From IMG/VR virus record IMGVR_UViG_3300025751_000004: a stretch of DNA of 64,000 nucleotides. The stretch is one strand, 5' to 3'. The stretch comes from an uncultured virus (IMG/VR IMGVR_UViG_3300025751_000004) (taxonomy: Duplodnaviria; Heunggongvirae; Uroviricota; Caudoviricetes). The notes under the pieces were generated by a model. That model was not told where the DNA came from. It was given only the letters and a program-made list of their open reading frames with translations, and made no database searches. Positions 47,139 through 57,272 of this stretch are shown piece after piece; within the stretch, counting starts at the first letter, position 1, and the number at the start of each line of letters is the position of its first letter. Made by a program: the position numbers and the translations under genes.

Positions 47139-47864
47139 ATGGCTGCACCATACGTTATAAAGAATGTGGAAGCCCTATGGCCCAAGCTGGACCGTACTTA
47201 TGCTTTCGATCAAAAGGCAAACCAGAGTATGCCGTGCGATCCGATGGCACCAAACGCTGAGTATTCCATCGAACTGAAGATGGATAGCGAAACCGCCAAG
47301 CATCTATACATTGCTATGGTAAAATCCTATCAGGCTAACAAAAAACCAGATTGGCCTGATAAACCTGCTAACCCTATGACTAAGCACGACGATGGCACCC
47401 GCACCGTCAAGTGCATACTCAAAGGCCAATACAACGGTGAAAAGACCCGTAAGCCTCTACAGTTTGATTCCAAGAACAATCCTATGGATGATGACTTTCA
47501 GTTGACTACGGGCAGCAAGATCAACATTGCTGTAACCTTTTATCCGTATAAATACATGCAGAACGAGCCAAGCGTTTCTCTGCGTATAAAACAGGTCCAA
47601 GTCCTTCAGTTGGCAGAACGCACTATGCGTAGCTTGTTTGATACAGTGGACGATGGCTATACTAAATCTTCTGAGAGCGTGTTTGGGAACAACGTAGTAG
47701 ACATGCCACAGAAGAAAGAGCCAGAAGTAGACCTAACAGGTTTTGACGAAGACAACGGTTCCCCTGCCGAACCAGAACCAGTCAAGGTTGAGAAAAAAGC
47801 AGCGGCAGCGGGTGCGTCCCAAAGTGCTACGCTAGATAGCATACTAGACGAGTGGGATGACTAA
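47139..47864 (+). CDS. ssb: single-stranded DNA-binding protein (T7 gp2.5-like)
   Basis: WPKL...GSKINI...VSLRIKQVQV; acidic aromatic C-terminal tail DEWDD. Confidence 0.75.
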   Translation: MAAPYVIKNVEALWPKLDRTYAFDQKANQSMPCDPMAPNAEYSIELKMDSETAKHLYIAMVKSYQANKKPDWPDKPANPMTKHDDGTRTVKCILKGQYNGEKTRKPLQFDSKNNPMDDDFQLTTGSKINIAVTFYPYKYMQNEPSVSLRIKQVQVLQLAERTMRSLFDTVDDGYTKSSESVFGNNVVDMPQKKEPEVDLTGFDEDNGSPAEPEPVKVEKKAAAAGASQSATLDSILDEWDD

Positions 47865-47871
47865 TTAAACA

Positions 47872-47900
47872 GCGCGGTCTTTCGGGGCCGCGCAAACTTT
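47872..47900 (+). terminator. possible terminator/attenuator after ssb
   Basis: GCGCGGTC-TTTCG-GGGCCGCGC followed by AAACTTTT. Confidence 0.45.
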
Positions 47901-47917
47901 TACGGGAAGAGAACACA

Positions 47918-50659
47918 GTGAGCACTGAAATATTTTTACGTTCTGTGCTAGGGGAAGACGGTCACTATTGCCTGTGGTGCAATAAAAGCAAAAAAGACAT
48001 CAAACAGGAATTTTATCCGTCAGTCGAGCGTTTATTAGAACGAGCAAATGAGTTAGACGCAGAAGGGTACAATGTATTCTTCGCCCTTGGCACGTACAAA
48101 GAACCCCTGTTGGGTCGCAAACAAATTAATGTCGTGCAGATGAAGTCTTTCTTTGTCGATCTTGATTGTGGTCCGAGCAAAGAGTTCCCTACGCAAGCAG
48201 ACGCGATTGAGGCGCTGCGTAGATTTTGTAAGACTAACAAGCTGCCTAGACCAACAATCATAAACTCCGGTAACGGGTTACATGTATACTGGCCTTTGAG
48301 TTCAGCAGTGGACGAGAAGACTTGGTTCCCAGTTGCGGAGCGGCTCAAGCAGCTATGTGCTGACCAATCATTCTGGGCGGACCCTTCACGCACATCTGAT
48401 TCTGCTAGTATATTACGTGTACCAAACACTCACAACTACAAGAGTGATCCACCTAAACCTGTCGGGCTTATCAACGATTACTATGCGGACCCCATAGATT
48501 TCTTAGACTTTGAAGAACGTGTGGGCGGCGGTGTGATACCAGTTCCGTCTAAGTTTACTCCCAGTGCGTACAGAGACACATTAAACAAACAATCCTCTGG
48601 CAGCTTTAAGCGTTTGCTAGAGAAAACAGCCAAAGGGCAAGGCTGCGCACAGATAGAGTACATAATACAGAACCAAGAGAGTATCTCCTATGACATGTGG
48701 AGAGCAGGTTTATCTATTGCAAAGGTGTGTACGGACGGGGACAAGGCCGCAAAATTGATGTCTGCCAGTCACCCCGATTACGATTATAACGAGACAATCC
48801 GCAAGATGATGGATACGGGTGGGCCACAATACTGCACCACATTTGCGGGCCATAACCCTGATGGCTGCGCGGGCTGTCCCAATGCGATGCTCATAACAAC
48901 TCCTGCACAACTGACAACTATTGTGGAAGAAGCGGAACCTACTCCTGAGATACCCGAATACCCTGCACCGTACATGCGCGGCAAGCATGGGGGTGTATAC
49001 ATGCGTACCAAAGATGAAGAGGGTAACCCAAAGGAAGATTTAATATACCTCAATGACTTCTATGTAACGCGTAGACTGCATGATGTTGAACAGGGAGAGG
49101 TGGTTGCATTTGCTCTGCACTTACCAAAGGACGGGGTGCGAGAGTTCACAGTCCCTCTTATGGCTATTACTTCGCGGGAAGAGTTCCGCAAGCATATGGC
49201 TATGAAGGGTATAACTTCTTATGGCGATGATTTGGCTAGGCTTATGAAATACGTACAAACATGGGTGAATGAATTGCAGCAGACAGGCGCAGCGAGCGAG
49301 GCTCACCAACAGTTCGGGTGGGTTGATGACAACACTATGGAAGAGTTTGTTCTTGGGGATAAACTTATCAAGGCGCACACTATAGAGTATAACCCGCCTT
49401 CGTCTAAAACCGCAGGGTTCGTGGAAGCACTTACAGCAAAAGGGAGCGCAGAGCGTCAGAAAGAGATACTTGGGTTCTTCAATGTAGAGGGTCTTGAGTT
49501 GCACCAGTTTGTTATCTGCATGGGTCTAGCGTCACCTCTGATGCCACTGAGTGGGCTGTTTAGCTTCGCAACGCACTTGTATGGCGGGTCAGGGGTAGGG
49601 AAAACCACTGCTATGTATTGTAACTCTGCGATGTGGGGCGACCCGCATTTCCTAACTTTAGGCCAGAGAGACACGCCAAACTCACGTATGTCTCGGGGAG
49701 AGATATACAAAAACCTGCCACTAAACTCTGACGAAATGTCAAACATGAGGCCATTTGATGCGTCTGATTATGCGTATCAGATTGCGGAAGGTAAACAACG
49801 TAACAGGTTACAGGGTAGTGCCAACGTAGAACGCTATCGAGGGAAGCCGTGGCGGTTGCAGGGGTGTTCGTCTGGTAACATAAGTCTCCATGAATTACTT
49901 CAGAAGTTGAAGGCTGACCCAGAAGCAGAGATGCAGCGTATACTGGAGTTCACCGTTGATCCCAACCTAAAAGCTATCATTGATAAAGATAAAACTGACG
50001 CGCTTTATAAAGACATACAATCTAATTACGGGCATTTTGCTGTGCCGTATATACAATATGTTATACAGAACCGTGCAAAAGTGGTTCAGTTGTACGCCAA
50101 CATAAAAGAGCGATTAGATAAGGCTGCAGATTTGTCGGCAGTTAATCGTTTCTATTCCGCAGGGTGCACAAACGTGCTTGTGGCTGCAACACTTGGAAAG
50201 GCTATGGGCGTAATAGATTATGACGTAAAGCGTTTGTTCGTGTGGGTCGTCAATGAATTAATACGGGCCAAAGGAGCGATCAGCGATACAGGCGTAGACA
50301 CTAAGTCTATACTTGCAGATTTTGCTAGAGATAATTGGGGCAACATCCTTAAAATCAAAAGCACTGACGATGGTAGAGATGAAATTGCAAGTTTGGTAGT
50401 ACCTGAGAGTATGCCCAGAAACAAACTGGCAGGGCGTTTTGAAACCGACACAAAGATACTTGCTATCCCTACAAAAGAGTTCAAGAAATATCTAGTGGAT
50501 CAGTATATAAACTACGGCTCCACAATAAAAAGCCTAAAAGAGGACATGGGCGCAGTTATGAAGAGTGTGTATATGACCAAGGGTACTAGCCTAAACTTAC
50601 CTTCTCAATATTGCGTGGTTGTTAAGATGGAGGAGTTAGGTGAAACCCCTGAGACTTGA
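47918..50659 (+). CDS. primase-helicase (RepB/AEP-type primase, PriCT-like domain, DUF927/SF3-like helicase)
   Basis: FVDLD, SGNGLHVYW, ILRVP.THN; Cys cluster; Walker A GGSGVGKTT. Confidence 0.85.
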   Translation: MSTEIFLRSVLGEDGHYCLWCNKSKKDIKQEFYPSVERLLERANELDAEGYNVFFALGTYKEPLLGRKQINVVQMKSFFVDLDCGPSKEFPTQADAIEALRRFCKTNKLPRPTIINSGNGLHVYWPLSSAVDEKTWFPVAERLKQLCADQSFWADPSRTSDSASILRVPNTHNYKSDPPKPVGLINDYYADPIDFLDFEERVGGGVIPVPSKFTPSAYRDTLNKQSSGSFKRLLEKTAKGQGCAQIEYIIQNQESISYDMWRAGLSIAKVCTDGDKAAKLMSASHPDYDYNETIRKMMDTGGPQYCTTFAGHNPDGCAGCPNAMLITTPAQLTTIVEEAEPTPEIPEYPAPYMRGKHGGVYMRTKDEEGNPKEDLIYLNDFYVTRRLHDVEQGEVVAFALHLPKDGVREFTVPLMAITSREEFRKHMAMKGITSYGDDLARLMKYVQTWVNELQQTGAASEAHQQFGWVDDNTMEEFVLGDKLIKAHTIEYNPPSSKTAGFVEALTAKGSAERQKEILGFFNVEGLELHQFVICMGLASPLMPLSGLFSFATHLYGGSGVGKTTAMYCNSAMWGDPHFLTLGQRDTPNSRMSRGEIYKNLPLNSDEMSNMRPFDASDYAYQIAEGKQRNRLQGSANVERYRGKPWRLQGCSSGNISLHELLQKLKADPEAEMQRILEFTVDPNLKAIIDKDKTDALYKDIQSNYGHFAVPYIQYVIQNRAKVVQLYANIKERLDKAADLSAVNRFYSAGCTNVLVAATLGKAMGVIDYDVKRLFVWVVNELIRAKGAISDTGVDTKSILADFARDNWGNILKIKSTDDGRDEIASLVVPESMPRNKLAGRFETDTKILAIPTKEFKKYLVDQYINYGSTIKSLKEDMGAVMKSVYMTKGTSLNLPSQYCVVVKMEELGETPET

Positions 50660-50861
50660 TGACTTAGACCCTGATGGAGTAAAAATTATCATAAAGTGGG
50701 ACAAGTTTGTAGTCGGTGCCTCGGTGTTTATACCCTGCATAAATACAGAGAAAGCTAAAAAACAACTAAAACGTGTTGCAAGTTTGAAACAATACCAAAT
50801 TTCCATTCAAATTCGCATAGAAAATGGTATGTGGGGGGTTCGCACTTGGCGACACCTGTGA
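50640..50861 (+). CDS. hypothetical protein
   Basis: 73 aa; W..F.VG.SVFIPC...GVRTWR. Confidence 0.65.
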   Translation: MKPLRLDDLDPDGVKIIIKWDKFVVGASVFIPCINTEKAKKQLKRVASLKQYQISIQIRIENGMWGVRTWRHL

Positions 50862-50915
50862 TATATAGTGGTTAACAGCTTGGTCCATACAACCAGTTGT
50901 TCTCCTCCCTGATCT

Positions 50916-50942
50916 GACCCTGCTTCGGCAGGGTCTTTTTTT
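50916..50942 (+). terminator. intrinsic terminator at the convergence of early and late transcription
   Basis: GACCCTGC-TTCG-GCAGGGTC followed by T7. Confidence 0.85.
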
Positions 50943-53900
50943 AATCAGTTAGGTCTTGCCATCCACTAGCGAGTTCTAGCAGAGCGTTTCTGTACGTAGG
51001 ACTGAGTGCCACACCTTGGTACATGTCAACACTGGTTTGCATATGTTGGTTCAAAGAACGCTTCAAACTCTTTGGAGTTATAGATGCCTCAGGATGGCGT
51101 TGATTGAATTTTTGCATTTCTCTAAGCACGTTATCAACTTCCTCTGCATCATTCTGACGCAGGGCGATGTAGTATTTCTTAGATAGCGCGGATCGTTTGG
51201 TGGTGACTGCCTTGTCTATACCCTTCAAGATACGATTCTGGTCTGATGCTTGTGTGTAACCTGCGGGTTGTATGCCAAACAGAACACCCATAAGCTCACC
51301 AGTTGTCATATCATCGTATATTGGGTCACCTCTTCGACTAAACGCACCGCCCTCTCTGCTGTAGCGACCGAGGCTCTTCATTGCGTTAGCCACCGCTGTA
51401 GGCATTAGGTTTTCAATACCTCGTTCAATCTGCCCGTCCCCAAGATCTTCTATGCCTCTTTTAATCCGGTTCGCGGTGGATAGTGCAGGACCACCGATGT
51501 AGAACCCTATCGTTTCTTCAAGCGATGGATCGGGGTTATATTTGTTCTCTTGTATAAGAAGACCCGTCAACGCGGTACGTGACGCAGTATCTAGCCCTGT
51601 CATTGCGACCAACGGACCTTTATACCAGCCTTCACCAACTTGCTTCCGCACAAGCGTATCAAAATCTTCCTCTTCATCGTCAAGGAAGAACATGTTAGCT
51701 ACAAGACGTACTGCACCGTACAAGGGTATACCTTGCAGACCCGCAAAGAATATCGCCGAACCGTGTAGACCAAGAAGAATCTTAAACGCTTCTTTACGCT
51801 GTTCTGGGGGCAACTCTTTATCGACCATGCGTTTTGCCTGTTTAAACATACTGTAGTACATCTGCAGTCCGTAGCTCTTGTACATCATGGCTACGCGCCC
51901 GATGTTCTCTCGTGCTATACTTGGTCCTGTCTCTAGGTACGCACCGCCATTGGCCTCTTGCGTCATATAGATAGCTTCCTCGGCGGCTTCCATTTGCTGC
52001 TCTGCTGTTGGATTACCTTTGCCCTGTGTAAGTTTATCTATATGTAGGTTGTACGCTGCAATCATAGTGTTCTGACGGTTGAACTTTTCCACGTGGTTAA
52101 ACATGTACGCAGATATGCCAGATATTTTATCCATAATACTGCCAGCAAGTCCCCCCAAAGTGTCTTTGCGCATAGCCCTAGCTGCTTCGTCCAGACCCAT
52201 ACTTTCTGCGAGATAACTTTGGCTAACAAGCTGCCCTCTCTCGGCTGCTACTTTTACAAGCGGCATGAGATCCAATAGTTTTTGACGCATTGCATCTGAC
52301 ATCTTAGGATCAGCTTTCAAAGATATATTACCGTCGAGATCCATGTCATAGAAGTCACGCAAAGAGTTTTTAACATTAATAGTTATACTGCCTGCTTCTT
52401 TAATCGCCTTTGTTGTCTGGGCATAACCATACTTGGCCCCCAGATAGGGCATAACAAACAGAGGTATCTGCGTCCCGTTAACTAGCGCAGAGGATGCGTT
52501 AAACCCAATAGTATATATAAACGCAAATTGGTTTAACCTGCGACCCACGTCTTCGATAGATTTGTTTTTAGCGCCCTGCCGTGCAAATCTGGCTCTACCT
52601 AACAACTCAGCCTTCATATCCTCAAACACCGTATCAGGAACGTCTGCGGGCTGTTTCGTGTTTTCAATCTGCTGTTCTATCAAACGTATTTCAGAAGCGG
52701 ATTTTAGTTTCTGAGCTTGGACCGCTAGGTCGTAACCTTTTGTCCTAAGAGCATACATGCTGTCTTCTTTGTAGCCGGGTGTTCCTTTACGTTTTTGCAT
52801 GGATTTGGCAAAAGACGTTTCAGGTAAGGTCGCTACAAACAACCGCATAACTTCTTCTATAGCCTTATTATCTACCTTCGCCTTAGATAGAGAGTTCACA
52901 ACTTCAAACACAAACGAGGTGGGAGGTGCTTTTTGATAATCTTCAATAGTTGCCTCGCCTTGAGATCTTTGGACATTTTCAAATCTAGGATCAGCTTTTA
53001 TTTCCCTGAAGGCTCGGTCGCGTTCAGCTTTTGTAGTAAACATCTCAACTACATACTCGGCACGTGCGTTGGGGGCGTTCTTAACACCGTAGCTCAACTT
53101 GTAGTTGCCTTCTCGAACAAGAGGGAAGTAAACCTCTAACGTACCAGCATCAAACAACTTCGCATAAATATCTTTCTTGACCTTTTTGACTACTTCAGGA
53201 TCGCCTGCCTCTTTGCCAAGCTCGTCAATCTCTTTCAGAACAATCTTTCTTGCCCGTTCAAACTGTTCTTTGTAGTGATCACGCATCTTCTTATAAGCTA
53301 ATTGCCCGTCTCCACGAAGCCCGTTATCGCGTATAAACTTCTGTTGTTCGTTCCAAATGTCTAATTTAGTCTTATTTGGGTCGTCACTTTGCTTGTCTTT
53401 GTAGGCTTTTATAGCTTCTGCCTGCGGCAAAAACGCATCTACTTGGTAAATGGTTGCACCGAAATCTTGACTGTAAATAAGTTCATTTAGTTTGGCTACT
53501 TTCGCATTACCCATGCGCTTGAAGATACCTTGAACCTCTTCGACTACCTTCTTTGTAGCTTCCGTAGCAGTGGTTATTGACCCGCGTTGACGGAGGATTG
53601 CGTTATCTAAATCAAACCCTAACCTGTTAAACCCAGACACTTGTGCTATATCTGCTAGTCCTTGGTTAGCCACCAGCTTTAAATATATTCTACGCGGTAA
53701 GGTTTTTGCGCTGTCTAAGAAATCTCTAGCTGTATCCACAAATTCTTGTTTATCAAAATCTTTAACCAGTTTGCGTTGCACATCGCCTATGTCTTTTGCT
53801 ACCTTTTTGACGTTATCGCGTGTGCCAAGAGCAATCTTACCCGTCAGCCTTTGCGGTGGCGTAGGGTTAAGTATCGCCATAGTCATAGCATCAAAATCAT

Positions 53901-56900
53901 CTAAGGATTCTAAGTTGCGTTTTTCTCCTAAAATTCTTGTAGCAATAAAATTTTCTGCCATCTGCAGGTAGCTAATATTTTTATTATTCATCATTGCGGA
54001 TAGGCTTGACCGAAACTCTGGGTTAGACATAGCTTCAGAAAAGAACTCTTTTATATCCGTTGAGCCATATTCTCCATCAAACTCTTTCTGTACCTCTTTA
54101 AACAAACGTTGAATGGCTACAGGTACACCTTGTTCTATTTTTCGCAGGGTCAAGGCATGAGCTATTTCGTGCATGAGCGCGTGAGCATCTCTGCCTTTAT
54201 CCTTATCTAACGTGATGGTTTTTGTTTCAGGATCATAGATTCCGTCAGCCAAATCGCCGTATCCGTCTTTAAGGTTTTTCTTGGTCGTTAGCTTTATTCC
54301 AGACCCTTTGAGCAACTGCTTAAATCTAATCGCATACGCTTTTAACTTAGGAAAACCTTTAGTTTTAGATAGTATGTCTAACGCAGTATCTATATCGCCA
54401 GCATCTATGGCTGCTTCTAAGGGTTCATTTTTAATTTTTAATTTGTTTACCGCTGCGTATAACGTTCCCCCGTTCTTCACGTCATCTATAAGATCGGGGC
54501 TAAAATCGGCTTTAGGATCTTTTTGTGCAGCGTTTTTTATTTCGTTAAGTATGGTACGGTCCCTGCGAGACATGGGCATACTTTCCATAAACTCAACAGT
54601 TTTCTTGGCGTTATCAAAAGAACTACCCCGCTCTAGCTCCTCTCGTTGACGCGCAGACGTAGGGTCTTCGTCTCTACCATATTGCTCTGTGTCTGGACGT
54701 CTTGCGCGTTTGCTGCCTGCAGCCCCACTTTCATTTATAACTGTGTAATACGCCTCGCGTATGCCGTCTGCAGGATTAGGGTATTTTGTTAGGTATTCGT
54801 TTACCGCATCTTTTGCCCCGGATACTTTTTTAAATAGCCTAGCGTTAACTTCTTCAGAGAATGGGTTAGACGTTACAGGTATTTCCTTAGCATTACGCCG
54901 TTGTGCAGGAGTGGCTTTGCGGTTGAATTGTTCTGCTATTTTATCGGCAGAACTTACGTCTTGACTCTCTTGAGTTGCGGATGACTTTTTTGGTGCCAAG
55001 GACGGATCATCCACAAAAGTGACTTTTCCTGTCCGCTTTAGCGTTTTAGGATCAACCTTATATCTTGTGCCGGGTATTACTTGCCGTACTGGACGATCTT
55101 GAGATTCCATAGCGGTGCCACGCCCTATGGCGTACACGTCGGACCTTGCAGTGGCTGCTGCGCTTTCAGCTAATGGTCCTGCATCCACTACATTTCGTGC
55201 AACAAGAACCTGACCTGCTTTAAGAGATTTTGCGCGGCGATCAAATTCGGTTTTGTCGAACGTGCGTCCGACTGGAAATTCTATTATCTCTTTAGCATCT
55301 ACCGTAAAGGGAACTACCTCTCCATCAGAGCCACTATAACTTGCGGCTACGTCACGATTAGTAGAAGCAAACACATTATACCCATCACGAGGAGCAAGTT
55401 TGTCTTTAACGTCTTTGCGATTAAGACCCCGATAGAGTGTTAGTGCTTTTAATGCACTAGGCTGTGTTCCTTTTGCAGTAGTAGTATCGACAGCATCACG
55501 CCTGACATCTCCCAGTCCATCCGTCTCAGATGTTTCAGGCTTTTTGGCACCTGTATCTTTTGCCTGTCTTGCTCCCATGCCTTGCTGATTACGAGCATCG
55601 CTCTCTCTACGTCCTGTGTCGTCAGGTGTGGGGGGAGATGAAAGTTCTCCAATTGTGTCAGATCCACTTGGTTCTCCTTCGTCAATGGTATAATTAGGTT
55701 TCGGGAGCAGTAACGGTTCTGTCCTTGTAATAGGCTCTTGCCCCATCCGACGGGCTTTTTCTCTGCCCACTGCAGCCATAAGATCGTCTTGGTCTTCACG
55801 TTGACCCTTGTAAGACTCTGCTACCCGTTGGTCTGGCCCCTGCCTCTCCGGTGTTTTAGCACGTTCTTCTTCTACTATCTGTTCAAATTTATTTATTGGT
55901 ATGTTACGGGCAGCAAGTTTCTCCCTGTCAAACGTTACATCGCCCGTTCTTTCAAGCTCTTCACGTACTTCTTTGCGAGTATCTATAAGTTCTTGGTTTG
56001 CGGTTAGTGACCCTATCCCTAAATCACTCAAGTCGGTTACCCGTTCTCTCGAACTTACAAACTCAGGTCCACGGTCAGCTTGCCGCTGCATTGCCTGCAC
56101 CGCTGTGCGTCTTAGATTAGACATCTCTCCTGATGGGGCCGATTCAGGCGGTCCTTGTCTTTCGGGTATTTTTGCGGCTTCTTCCTCTATAATCTCAAAG
56201 ACCCGTTCAGGAGCAATACCATCTACGCCTTCTACAGCTTTTACTTGGTTGGCTAACTCTGCAGTTAATGCGCCATCGGTATTAGGTAGCTCTTCTGCTA
56301 ACAAAGCTCTTATTTGCTGCTCTGCAGGAGATTCGCCTGTGGATGTGGGTCCAGCCCTGCGGGTATTAGCAAACGAATCCACAAGGAACTGTAAGGCTGC
56401 ACCCGCTGTACCACCTAACGCGCCAGCTTCTGCGGTACCACTATCAAACACAGCACGATCTGGGTTGTACCCACGTTCTACAAGGTTTTGCACGACTTCA
56501 GACGCAGCTTCTTGGGCACCTTCTGCGCCACCTGTTATAGCCGCACGTTGTATCTTTTGTCCGATACCAGTAACTTCTTGTGGCCCAAGATCATTTATAA
56601 GTTTACCTACAAACGGCAATTTAGCTACTGGTACAATCCGACTAATTGGCAATGCCTCTGCCGCACCTGCAAGTAAAATACGCGGGTCATTTACAGCACG
56701 TTGACGTTCTTCTGGGGTGGCCCCCGCTGCTCGCGCTCTTTCACTAGCCTCGCCTTTAGCCACATTAACACCAAGACCAAGGCCCGCTGCTGTACCTGCT
56801 AAACCTGCACCAACACCAACTACAGGAGCGGCAGCGGCAACACCCGCTATTCCAGCGGCAAACCCACCAATAGACCCAAATGCCTGCCCAATTTTGTATG

Positions 56901-57261
56901 ACAGCGCATCTGCTCCTGCGTCACTTGGCTTGAGCACTGAGGCGATGCCCATGATCTTATCACGTGCTGCTGTTTCTGCGTCTTCTCCAAGTAAAGTCCC
57001 TGCACCTAACGCGGCAGTCTCAAAGGTACCGACGAACCCAGCCTGCGTGCCACGTGCCAGTCTCCCCAACATAGTGCCATCGTCAGGCTCTGATTCTGGT
57101 AGGTCGAACCGGGTGAATAGCGGTTTGGTTTCGCGGGCGCTTTCACGTTCAAACCGCTTCTTTCGTTCAGCAAGACGTATGATGAAGGCATCTGACGCGT
57201 CCTCCGGTGCCTCTACTTTAACCTCGCTTCCGTCAGGGAAATCAACGGTAAACATTTTCAT
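50941..57261 (-). CDS. giant internal virion/ejection polyvalent protein with ART-like and zincin metallopeptidase domains
   Basis: 2106 aa; LYRGL...FASTNRDVAASY; GIYDP...HEIAH...EFFSE; helical C-terminal half. Confidence 0.8.
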   Translation of the reverse strand: MKMFTVDFPDGSEVKVEAPEDASDAFIIRLAERKKRFERESARETKPLFTRFDLPESEPDDGTMLGRLARGTQAGFVGTFETAALGAGTLLGEDAETAARDKIMGIASVLKPSDAGADALSYKIGQAFGSIGGFAAGIAGVAAAAPVVGVGAGLAGTAAGLGLGVNVAKGEASERARAAGATPEERQRAVNDPRILLAGAAEALPISRIVPVAKLPFVGKLINDLGPQEVTGIGQKIQRAAITGGAEGAQEAASEVVQNLVERGYNPDRAVFDSGTAEAGALGGTAGAALQFLVDSFANTRRAGPTSTGESPAEQQIRALLAEELPNTDGALTAELANQVKAVEGVDGIAPERVFEIIEEEAAKIPERQGPPESAPSGEMSNLRRTAVQAMQRQADRGPEFVSSRERVTDLSDLGIGSLTANQELIDTRKEVREELERTGDVTFDREKLAARNIPINKFEQIVEEERAKTPERQGPDQRVAESYKGQREDQDDLMAAVGREKARRMGQEPITRTEPLLLPKPNYTIDEGEPSGSDTIGELSSPPTPDDTGRRESDARNQQGMGARQAKDTGAKKPETSETDGLGDVRRDAVDTTTAKGTQPSALKALTLYRGLNRKDVKDKLAPRDGYNVFASTNRDVAASYSGSDGEVVPFTVDAKEIIEFPVGRTFDKTEFDRRAKSLKAGQVLVARNVVDAGPLAESAAATARSDVYAIGRGTAMESQDRPVRQVIPGTRYKVDPKTLKRTGKVTFVDDPSLAPKKSSATQESQDVSSADKIAEQFNRKATPAQRRNAKEIPVTSNPFSEEVNARLFKKVSGAKDAVNEYLTKYPNPADGIREAYYTVINESGAAGSKRARRPDTEQYGRDEDPTSARQREELERGSSFDNAKKTVEFMESMPMSRRDRTILNEIKNAAQKDPKADFSPDLIDDVKNGGTLYAAVNKLKIKNEPLEAAIDAGDIDTALDILSKTKGFPKLKAYAIRFKQLLKGSGIKLTTKKNLKDGYGDLADGIYDPETKTITLDKDKGRDAHALMHEIAHALTLRKIEQGVPVAIQRLFKEVQKEFDGEYGSTDIKEFFSEAMSNPEFRSSLSAMMNNKNISYLQMAENFIATRILGEKRNLESLDDFDAMTMAILNPTPPQRLTGKIALGTRDNVKKVAKDIGDVQRKLVKDFDKQEFVDTARDFLDSAKTLPRRIYLKLVANQGLADIAQVSGFNRLGFDLDNAILRQRGSITTATEATKKVVEEVQGIFKRMGNAKVAKLNELIYSQDFGATIYQVDAFLPQAEAIKAYKDKQSDDPNKTKLDIWNEQQKFIRDNGLRGDGQLAYKKMRDHYKEQFERARKIVLKEIDELGKEAGDPEVVKKVKKDIYAKLFDAGTLEVYFPLVREGNYKLSYGVKNAPNARAEYVVEMFTTKAERDRAFREIKADPRFENVQRSQGEATIEDYQKAPPTSFVFEVVNSLSKAKVDNKAIEEVMRLFVATLPETSFAKSMQKRKGTPGYKEDSMYALRTKGYDLAVQAQKLKSASEIRLIEQQIENTKQPADVPDTVFEDMKAELLGRARFARQGAKNKSIEDVGRRLNQFAFIYTIGFNASSALVNGTQIPLFVMPYLGAKYGYAQTTKAIKEAGSITINVKNSLRDFYDMDLDGNISLKADPKMSDAMRQKLLDLMPLVKVAAERGQLVSQSYLAESMGLDEAARAMRKDTLGGLAGSIMDKISGISAYMFNHVEKFNRQNTMIAAYNLHIDKLTQGKGNPTAEQQMEAAEEAIYMTQEANGGAYLETGPSIARENIGRVAMMYKSYGLQMYYSMFKQAKRMVDKELPPEQRKEAFKILLGLHGSAIFFAGLQGIPLYGAVRLVANMFFLDDEEEDFDTLVRKQVGEGWYKGPLVAMTGLDTASRTALTGLLIQENKYNPDPSLEETIGFYIGGPALSTANRIKRGIEDLGDGQIERGIENLMPTAVANAMKSLGRYSREGGAFSRRGDPIYDDMTTGELMGVLFGIQPAGYTQASDQNRILKGIDKAVTTKRSALSKKYYIALRQNDAEEVDNVLREMQKFNQRHPEASITPKSLKRSLNQHMQTSVDMYQGVALSPTYRNALLELASGWQDLTD

Positions 57262-57272
57262 GGCGAATTACC

